From Azolla caroliniana (taxonomy: Eukaryota > Plantae > Polypodiophyta), in contig JBHGNT010000002.1 in the NCBI GenBank assembly GCA_043228905.1, positions 23,250,001 through 23,314,000 of the forward strand: 64,000 nucleotides of DNA, written 5' to 3'. The stretch's first letter is position 1; each line of letters opens with the position of its first letter. The translations under genes were made by a program, and so were the position numbers. The notes under the pieces were generated by a model. The model saw nothing but the letters and a program-made list of their open reading frames with translations, was not told where the DNA came from and searched no databases. This document shows, one piece after another, positions 47,257 to 64,000 of the stretch.

Positions 47257-47603
47257 TGTTAAGATGGCGCTACGACTCTTCTTAGTACACAGTGGATCGT
47301 TTGTGTTCAAGGGAGAAAGAAAAGGGGAAGGAGACTCACCTCTGCAACATCCCAAATACGTTTTGTTTCATTACACACAGAAAAAACCTATCTCGTTTGT
47401 TTTCTCTTCTCTACACTCTCCTACTCACTCTTACTTTTTTACCTAAGTATATAAGTGACTTACATATTCATCTAATTAGTTGTGAGTAGCTAAATAGTTG
47501 TTTTACCTATATGTCTAATAGTAGCGAATTTCCTAATAACTACTATAGAAGATCTCAGTTACCAATAAGCATCACATGCTTTTGTTGAACTTGTTTCTTA
47601 ACA
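47257..47603 (-). repeat. Copia 5' LTR (347 bp)
   Basis: Adjacent to the PBS; direct repeat of 42422-42783. Confidence 0.95.
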
Positions 47604-48334
47604 ATCTTTACTTGTAACATGTAAAGACTAATTGCACACAAAATACAATTACTCAATAACACAATTATAGAATATGCCATGTCGTGGTATGTTATGATCG
47701 TAATCTATTTTCAACTTCATGCTTATATTTGTTCAAAAAAATTTAAGATGGTAGAGGACACATGTCTTTCATATCATATTCTAACTTCCACTCCTCCATA
47801 TCTTACTTCCCATGTTTGAATAAATTGACATACTCCATGTCATTTATTTTTTATTACCTATACAGTATTTACATAGTTCATCCTTCTGATAAATGGATTC
47901 ACGAATCTTACAAGTAGCTATCAAGATCCTCATTTCCTTCTTATTATTCCAACTCCATGTCCTTTTTCCCCTATCATTTATATTTGATTACATGGACCTT
48001 CACATACTTTGGAGGGCTTGCAAGTCATGCCAGGTTTATGTCCATTCAGCATAACCAACCATTGATGCTCGAGAAAGAACTTCTCAAGGGAAAACTTTCA
48101 TATATCCTCCCGTGAGGCCTAGGTTAGCATTACCCAATCTCAACATTCAATCGTCTGCCAATTTCACAGTGACTTGATATCACCGTGGCTAGAGCATTTG
48201 TTACTATATTTTTTCCTTCTAATATTCTGCCTCGTACCAATGTCATGGGCCATAGCTTGAACGTTGACCTTGATCAAGGACTAGTTGAGATTTGGTTCAA
48301 TTATAGAGGGAGAGGGAGCCATGTGTATTCCGCC

Positions 48335-48653
48335 CATAGTTGTAGGATACTTAGCATACAATATGCATGCGTATGCTAAGTATTCTAAATTTTTTTAAAT
48401 ACTTAGAATACGTATTCTATGGATAAAACATGTAGAATACATGTAAAATACTTTTAAATACTTCTTAAAATTTGAAGTTTATTTTGAAAATTATAGGTTC
48501 TTGATTTCTTCTTTAAACTTATTGGAAACATTAAATACGTAGAATACATATAATACATTCAGTATTTTTAAATGGTAGTTCTAAAATGTAGAATATTTCG
48601 AAGTATTCTAAAAAGTATTATGAACATAAAATACGTGTTTTGTAACAACCATG
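48335..48653. mobile_element. Probable hAT-like MITE
   Basis: Termini CATAGTTGT / ACAACCATG, many internal TAGAATAC/GTATTCTA motifs, degenerate 8-bp flanks ATTCCGCC / CTTCCATC. Confidence 0.5.
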
Positions 48654-51600
48654 CTTCCATCTCTTATTTATATTGTATAGTCTTTGATCGCTCCAAATGA
48701 TCCCACCACCATTTTCCGTTGGCCCTTACTTCCTCAAACTTGTTGGTCACAATGACCTTCAATGGGAAACCGTCCAGAAGACAAGTACAATAAATACACA
48801 TAAATGTGTCCATTTGTACCACTCATATATGTATATTCACAAGAACACTTTTTAAGTAAGGTTGGGAAAAAGAGTCAACTCCTCACCCCCATTATTTAGG
48901 GCTATATTCTCTACACATTGAGTAGACTCCTTGTAAGGGAAACCATATAACATTTAATGTAGTATTCGGTTATCTATACAAGGTAATCCTTACTGATGTT
49001 AAGATGATCATTAGTGTGTAAGTAGAAAGATTTCTTAGAACATAATTGTTGAGTATTTTACAATATGTAATTGATGGATCATTGGCCATTTCCACCTATT
49101 CACAACATATGCCTAAGTCTTGGAAATTAATGCGAGGATTGGTGACTTGTTACGTATCATATAGTCTTTATGTCAATGATTGTTTGATATCACACATGGA
49201 GGCATCCCACCCAAACGAGGTCCATCACATCTATATTGATTGTCATTGAGAAAGATTTGTGCCCGTCATAGCTGACTTGTTAACCCTTCAACATTGACTA
49301 AGCATAGGCATTGACCAACCACAACCTTTGACTAATGAAAAATCTTTGGCCATGACATTGCATAAATAAATTTAGGTGATAGAATGTTACTCAAAATGAA
49401 GGTTAGAACAAAAAGGGAGGATGAAAAAATTGTGCATGGGTAATTAGATTGTTATAAAACGTGGTATATGTGTCCAAACCTTAGCTATTTAAAAATATGT
49501 CCATGCACATGGTTGAGTCATGAAACAATACATCAAATATTTGACATGTTGACTCTTACGGTTTATGTATGTGCTTGAGAAAGTCTAAGTATATAAGTAT
49601 AGTCTTTCATGGTTGTGTACACGATTATCCCTGTTGTTATTTTTTCTCATCTCGTCTTCTTATCTATGTTCCTTGCATTGTTCCAAAGTATGAGCCACGA
49701 AGATTGTGATTGTGGTATGGGACACGAGCACCCTTCAAGCCGGTTGTTGAAATGTCACAACTCGAGGGAAACAAGTTGGATGGAAAGTATACACAACCCC
49801 CATTCTTTAATTACTTTCACGAAAGAACAGGTCTTTGATCCTCAAAACTCCTTAGAGTGACCACCAACTAACTCATCGAGGGCAATACGTGTTAATTATA
49901 AAATAGTAATAAGATGAAACTTAAAATAAAAGTTGTCAAACTTGCGTCACATGTTAATCATAACATATTATAACATCACGATTAAGTTGGAATATATACT
50001 AATTTAATATTTGATGTGAATGTCTTCCATATGTAGTTCATTTTCTCTCTCTTCATCTTCATGTATGTCCATATGCCTAATAAAAGGCCACATATAACAT
50101 GTCCATCAAATACATTCTATATCATATTGTTTTGCACAACCATGCCACATTGATGTCTATATTCATTAGAGCCTTTGTAAGCCACACATTTATTTGTAAC
50201 ACGTTCATGCACCAACCAAACCATTTCTTACCTTCATTTATGCACTTTACAAAAAATTAATCAATGACACATTTCCTATATCATGCCATCATGATACCTA
50301 CTTGACATGCTAGTCAAGCAGGAGCATTTATGTCAAAATAATAGAGAAAACTGAGAGGTTTGTAGGCGCAAACCTCACCTTTGACAATTATTGTATGTAA
50401 AAATCTGCACTTGGGAAGATTGTAATGTCATGAACAATCCATAATTGTATAAGTCTTGAAGCATACTCGTTAGTAACACACACATGCACCAAGATCAAAT
50501 TCAATTCTTTCATGAGGCCCATCCATATGGATAAAGACATAAAGCAAATGAGGATTATGTTTACAAACTTGAAAATGAAATTTGTAATAGAGAACTCAAA
50601 AGTTGATGTCTTTCTAGAATCGACGTAGACATATACCATGCATTGAAATTTTGATAGAATGAAACTAAGTATATCCATAGGACATGATGTATAGGTAGCA
50701 AGAAGACACGATTTAGTACAATTTATCGTTATATTGTGAGGAATATGAAATTATTGTTTTCAATATATATGACATTTAGAGATTATCGAATTAACTTTCG
50801 GATTGATGTATAGTGGTAAACCACTTTCCAAGTTTTTTAGACAATGAGTAATGAGAAACCCAGTGAGAAAAATATCAACTATAAATGGGCTCAATAATAC
50901 TACATAACCTTAAATCCGATAATATGGATTTTATCAAAAGGCATGAACGCATGTTCAAAACATTTGTGCAATGCTTTATAACGAGAAGTCTAATGTTTTG
51001 GACAAACTAGAAAACATGTTAATTTAGCGTGCCATTTTTATTGGTTCAAGGTTTAAATATTTAACCAAATCCCACCCTATATGTATAGACTAAAACCGTG
51101 ATTTCTATTGGTATTTAGTTCATGCCATGAAAATCAATCGGAGGAAACATTCTTTACTATTTTAGCTAATAGTCAAGGCTTAGAACTTAGCTCAACTTGC
51201 CCAATATGGTTTGAAACTTTACGATTTAGAGTCAAGGATTACAATTTAATTTTTCCATAGGTCAAAACCACCTTATCATATATGGTTCAAGACCGATCTT
51301 GAACCTGACCCCATCCTAAATGGGTAAAAGTATGCCATTTAAACTAGTTTTTTAAGGTGTAGAACTTGGGTTTGTGTGGAGTAAAACTATGCAATTTCTA
51401 TTAGGTTCAAGGCTTAATAAATTACTCGATGCCAACTATGTGTGCATCAAAACCATGCCATTCCTAAGTTGTTTGACACTTAAATTTTTATTATTGATGC
51501 AACTAATTTGCTTATGCTAATGACATCATTTCCAGTTGTCTTAACTAGTTTATCACTTGGCAATTAACTCGAACACAGGATTGACATTATGCCACTTTAA

Positions 51601-53114
51601 TTGGTCCATGGTTCATAGATTAACTTCATGCATCCTTCTATCGACGTTCATTTTTTACTAACTCATTGGCAAGCATGTGCTATCTTCGCCCACTATCATT
51701 TTTATAATTGGATTGAATCGTACATCTGTTAAATTGATGTTGTTTTAACTTCTCAAACTCTTTGAGTACGTTAGATAATTCACTCAACTAACCCTCAAGT
51801 GTAAATGTTTTCCATTTTAACTAATCCACGTCTTATTATGGGTTAATAGACAAATGTTGCAAATTCAACAATGTTAGAGCATTAATAGAATACACGAACC
51901 TTTTTATGCTAGTAGAACATAATAAAAAACATGATCATTGTTGGATGCTCGACAACATTAATTGAAAAGCCAACAAGGTGCAATATGCAAAGACCTATAA
52001 GAGTTAACACACCACAATCTCATAAAGTATTCCTTGTTCCAATTGTGGTTGTGTTTTTGTTAGTAGTGCCATCATATTTTGTCCACTAACGTAACCTACA
52101 TTGATGCATGCCCATAGTCGTTGCCAATCACCATCCCAATGACCAATCGTTGCATATATCAATGAGTGAAATGAGAGGATCAATCCAAGGTTAGTGAGCA
52201 AATAGATAGATATCTTTTTAACATCCACAAGAGACCAATTAAGATCTATGAGACTAGGCCTAGCCCATGGTGAAGATCGAACATGATAAGAATGGCCAAA
52301 ATGGGTAGCACATGGTAAGTTTATGTGGTGGTCTATTGATAATTCAACTTTTGAGGGTTGTGATTTCTTAAAACATTGCCTACCTACGTGATGAATGAGA
52401 GAGAGAATGTCATAGTACAAGGCAAAGATCCAAATTGGATAATACATCACAGTTCCGTGTGATGCGCCACTACAAGGATGGAACTTATGAGCTTACAATT
52501 CCATGAGATTTTGCTCACTTTTTATGAGATGACATTCATTTCAAGCTTACTACTACATCATCAAAACGTTTGGAATCGATTAATGATGGTATGGGACATC
52601 GAGGAGGTATGGGTCCATCTGACGCCGTTGTTAGGGGGCGATGGAGTGGTTTGGGACCCCTCTTTCTCTTCTTTAGTCTACAATTCCTTATGTTCTACTA
52701 AATTAATTAGTTAGACTCTAACAGAGCCCTTAACCGACATCCAAGTGAAAAACGTTGCCTTTACCAATTCATGGTTGGGAGCCTCCGACTTAATCAGCAC
52801 TTAGAGGGGTGTGTGTGTGGAATAGGGCTTGGTTCAGACCTGTTGGAGGCACTCGAGGAGGGCCTTGGTTCGAAGTCCTTAACTAGCAATTGACGTGTTA
52901 AATAAGCAAGTCCTTTCAAAATAGGATCCATTTGGTCGGACAACCAAAACCTGTATAGCTAGTGCAAAGTAACTGCTCCACTTCATTAAAAGCAAATTTA
53001 CTAGGGGGTTTTGTGGCACAACCAAGAGCGACCATATACATATCGAGACTTTCGAGAGGTCCAAATGTGGGGGGAGAGATGTGATTCTCGAGCTTCTTCT
53101 TTTTTATATCCCCC

Positions 53115-53552
53115 CCAAAAAAACTCCTTCCATTAGTTATAAAATTTTACAAATGAGACGATTATGTACAAATCCCTAAAGGGATGCGATAGTTCCATCT
53201 TATGTGGATGCCCACTGACTTAAGAAAGGGAGAGGACGACCATTGTTGGATGAAGGCTATGCGTTGTCTTTCAACTCCCTCGGAGCCGCCCTTAAGGCCA
53301 TCATATTGGCTCTTCAGAGTGACTACAATTTCACTCCATATCTCTTGCAGTAACCTTGTTGGATGGGCGGTTTGGCTGGAGAAGACTCGCCTACATCGTT
53401 GTTTCCATAGAATCCAAAGGGTTATTGGGCTGACCAATTCCAACACCTCTTGAGATTTGTCATTAAGAGGAATGGAGTGGACATTGCCGCCGGAGGAGAA
53501 AAGGACCTCTTGTGCTTTTATCACCAAACTCATCCCCTCCTCTTGATGCTCG
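53115..53552 (-). mobile_element. L1-like LINE 3' fragment (copy 2), near-identical to 26795-27230
   Basis: Same ORF2 C-terminus (LVIKAQEVLF...GICT) and the same 3' UTR. Confidence 0.85.
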
Positions 53553-54205
53553 AGCTTTTTTTTTCTTCTTTGTAAAATATCCATTCATTTATGTACTACA
53601 AATAAGACATGTGATTCTCGAGTGATCAAACGGGGAAGGGGAAGGGGAAGGGGGGGGGGGGGGGCAGAATGAGGGAGAGATGTCGTCTTGCCCGTTGCCA
53701 AGATTTGAGTATATGTACGTATATATGTATGCTACGATATGTATGTATGTTATGTATATACGTATAAGTAATGTTATGTACATATGGTATGTATATATAA
53801 GTAATGTTATGTACATATGATATGATATGTGTGTATGTATGTATGTATGTATGCATGACATACTCATTTTGGGATATAGTACGTAAAATTCGTGTTCGTC
53901 TAGCATAACATTCGTTTTCACACGTTGGAAAACGAATGCGAATGCGAATGCGAATAAAACATTCTTGTGTTTTTTTCCCAGTTTTTTAATGAATTTTTTT
54001 TTCCTATTTTTTAGGCTTATTTACCTCATAATAAATAGTTAATCCAAAAAGTATGGTATTTATCATTCTTTGAGGGTGTTTTTTTTTCTTTCACGCGAAT
54101 GATTTCAACATTCGAGAATGCGAATGCACGTATGGTTCATACTAATTTGCAGGTATGTATGTATGTAATGTATGTAGTGTCTGTCTTTCCCACACATTTT
54201 TATTC

Positions 54206-54208
<3 letters not shown>

Positions 54209-54261
<53 letters not shown>

Positions 54262-54500
54262 GTGTGTGTGGGTCCTTCATCTCTGAGCATATCCAAAATG
54301 CATACAGAAAATAGGGATCATATACTTTAGGTTTTGATATGGTGGGCTATGGCGGAGCTTGGCCACTCAGAGAGAGAGAGAGAGAGAGAGAAGAAAGGAG
54401 AAAGAAGAAAGAAGAAAGAAGAAAGAAGATAGATAGAGAGAGAGAGAGAGAGATGCAGGGCTCCCTCCTCCTCCTCCTCCTCCTCATCATCATCATCGCC
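54209..54500. repeat. (GA)n, (GAA) and (CTC)(CAT) microsatellites in the hnRNP promoter/5' region
   Basis: Seen directly in the sequence. Confidence 0.85.
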
Positions 54501-55401
54501 TTTCTTCTCGCCTTTTACAAACTTCTGTTCATTTTTGTTCCTTTTATACCTCCGTAGAGAGACATTTTCTTCTTCTTCTTCTTCTTCTGCCTTTTTTGCT
54601 TACCTCCCCCCTCCCCTCTCTATCTCTCTTCATCCATTCCTTCTTCGTCTTCTCTCTCTCTCTCTCTCTGTCTGTCATATCCGATCTTTGCTTTCTGGCT
54701 CTCTTCATTCTCTTCTTTTCTTCTGTTTCCTTCATCCAATTTGAGTCATTTTTCCCAAATTTTCTGAATTAAATGTAGATCTATATTTCGCTCCATATAT
54801 TCTTTCATTAGGACGGGTTGTATTATCCTTTTACAAACAACCAGCACTTTGTCGACACTGTTTTTTAGGTTTAGTTTCTCGCATTAGTAATTTCTTTCTT
54901 TCTTTAGACTTCTGTGCATAAAGGATCCCTTTCTACACATTACTTTAGATTCAATTTAGCTTATACTACTTTTCGGGTTCGGGTGCACACACACACACAC
55001 ACATATTATGTTATGTATATGATTGATAAAGGAAGAAGAAGAATAAGACGAAGAAGAAAAGACCTGCATTTCTGTTAAAATTAGTAGATCTTGGAAATAT
55101 CAGATCAGATCAGATCTCTTTGTACATTCTTCTGATCTAATCGTCATCCATTCAGATCCAGATTTTATTTATTTATTCACTTTTCTAACCACTATCATTT
55201 TTTTTCTTTCTATTTTGGAACTCCTAATCCAAGGCGTTTTATCGATTCATATTTAAGTTACTGAGGAATACCAAAGCATAATTAAGCTATTATGCATATT
55301 TGATCTATTTAATGATAATAGGTCTATCTCATCATTTTTAATCTATTTAACCTAATTAGGCTATTTAAGCTAATTAAGGTTATATAAGATTCTGCCCACA
55401 T

Positions 55402-62107
<6,706 letters not shown>

Positions 62108-64000
62108 ATGGGTGGCTATTATTTGTAAACATGTGGGAGATTATTGTTACCTTGATTGAGATAAGATTTTAGATTGTTAAAGTTTTGGTAGTGAAAAAAA
62201 CAAAATTAAAAGGAAAAAATTCCACACTATATGCTAAAAATGGAAAGATATATATTTTTCCACACTGTAGCGTTAACCGCTCTTTCATAGGCCTCTATTT
62301 CCAAGAAGGATACCATTCTGTATAGAATGAGTATATTTTTAAGATGACTAGTGGTTTTTATTTTGAATAGAATGTACACTTAGACATACCTAGTCATGTA
62401 GTGCAAATAAAACCAAGAAGTGAACTCATCATCATGACCACTATTACTTGATTACTTATTTTTTTTTTCCCTTTCCATTTTTTTTGGGGTTGAAGTTGAT
62501 AATGTATGGTAAATGGCAACAAGACTGGTCAGTTACATAGGATATGTGTGATGAATAACTGTCATGCAAGACAATGTAATCATTAATAGAGTATAGTATT
62601 TATTTGATCTAAAAGAATGATGGCGGTTAGCAATGTTTTCATTGTATATGTATACATGGATTTCTTGGAAGTGATAGAAATAGAAAACATGGATCAAGCA
62701 TTCTTAGTATAGATGTCAAATTTATGCAAGAAGTGGTATTCAATCATTTGCCAACTTTCGATTTGTTTTTTTTTATAATTTATGTATATAGTTTAGAGCT
62801 TGTCTTGCTATAGATCATCCAAAAATGAAACAAATAATCTCACTGCAAACTTTCGTATTTATTGATAAGTTTACACAAAATAAGAAATTCAGGATAGAAC
62901 ATTCTGATTTTTTGACATTAAGAATGTTGTGAGTTCTTTATGAAAGAGACATGATGGGGTGTCATCCTCACAATAACTTTGTATCTAGTCTTCTTTGAAA
63001 CATGTGGCAGTTGATCAAGCATGAGGGTCATATGGAAGGAATAAATATTAAATTTAATGAGGTGGCCATGACATCATTTTCAAAGAGTTAACAAATAATA
63101 TAAATAGATTAAAATGTTGTTGCAATGCAACTCTAAAGGAGCATATTATCATCATTTTACTTTTTGATTCACATTTTCTTAACTATAAATACTACTCAAG
63201 GTCCATTAAAGATATAGAACCAAGTTTCCATTTTGAGATGTTTTTATATTTAAAACTAATATGACTTTCAGAAACAAAACATACGTCTCTTTTTTAAATT
63301 GTAACCAATATGATTGTTACCAAGCCATATTGCATATATATTTAGAGATGATTGAGCCAAAGGCAAAGATTATTTATGCTTGGGTAATACATACATAAGG
63401 GAGAAGTTTCATGTACATCCATGCATACATTACCTCCCCCATGTGAGTGATGCAAACAAATAACATTATTTTATTGAAATTAGATCAGGCGATCATATTT
63501 AAATAGATAAGATAGTGCAATTGTTGGGGATACGACAATCCGATGATTAGAGATATGTAAGGAAATAAGGTACGCATCCTTGAGGATGAGGGCGAAACTT
63601 CAACACATAGTATAAAGATCTGAAATACAAAATAACCAAAATTTACAGCTCTAGGTTTTTAATAATAGCATAAAGTTTGAGCCTAACGAAGAGCCTCTTT
63701 TACATGACCTTTCAAGAAAAACATGTAAATCTAGTGGTTGTGTTAACCAAAATAGCCCTATCTCTATTAACTACACCAAACTTCTCACCAAGCTACTTTT
63801 CCAATCCGCCTTCAAGAAAATGAATATTGTTGTCAAACAAAATGCATAACCGATGTGAGGTTGGTAGTATTCTTAATTAGTTGCAAGACTTGTCCATTTA
63901 TCTCATTTTATATTAATAATCCTACGAGTCACGACCTAGTGCTTGAAGTGAAATTCAAGCTGAGAAAAAGATTAAAAGTTATGAAGCTTTTAGATGTGGC

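Larger units (their letters stand above)
42422..47603 (-). mobile_element. Full-length decayed Ty1/copia LTR retrotransposon
   Basis: LTRs 42422-42783 and 47257-47603 (TGTTAAG...TTAACA), PBS TGGTATTAGAGC (iMet type, 47245-47256), PPT 42784-42796, near-TSD TTCTT/ATCTT. Order gag-PR(VDSGAS)-IN-RT(YVDD)-RH. Confidence 0.96.

Noticed and set aside
53589-54744. ORFs rich in YIH/ERE/LSL repeats (also at 15057-15294, 25006-25197, 31038-31400)
   Set aside because: Translations of microsatellites.

Overview
Eukaryotic land-plant nuclear DNA: AT-rich, with GT-AG introns and many microsatellites. A non-seed plant such as a fern is my inference only. The first 11.8 kb is a GC- and CpG-rich stack of young Ty3/gypsy LTR retrotransposons on the minus strand. 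Element A (gag-pro plus pol joined by a clear -1 frameshift signal, tRNA-Trp PBS, 800-bp LTR) sits inside the integrase of element B (single gag-pol ORF, 419-bp LTR). Element B in turn sits in a decayed plus-strand relative of A whose LTR ends at 15066, just upstream of a host gene. Four spliced host genes can be reconstructed by eye: DDA1 (+, 4 coding exons), a secreted cystatin (+, 2), a calcyclin-binding protein/SIP homologue (-, 5) and an hnRNP A/B-like two-RRM glycine-rich protein (+, 3). Also present are a full-length decayed Ty1/copia element (42422-47603), several LINE relics, MITE-like elements and a 225-bp plastid psbA fragment inside an LTR-like segment in the hnRNP last intron. All alignments were done by eye and no database searches were run. 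I found no wholly new system; the best leads are the frameshift/pseudoknot, the three-layer nesting, the CpG-preserved LTR beside DDA1, the psbA-in-LTR insertion and a possible disulfide-bonded phytocystatin.
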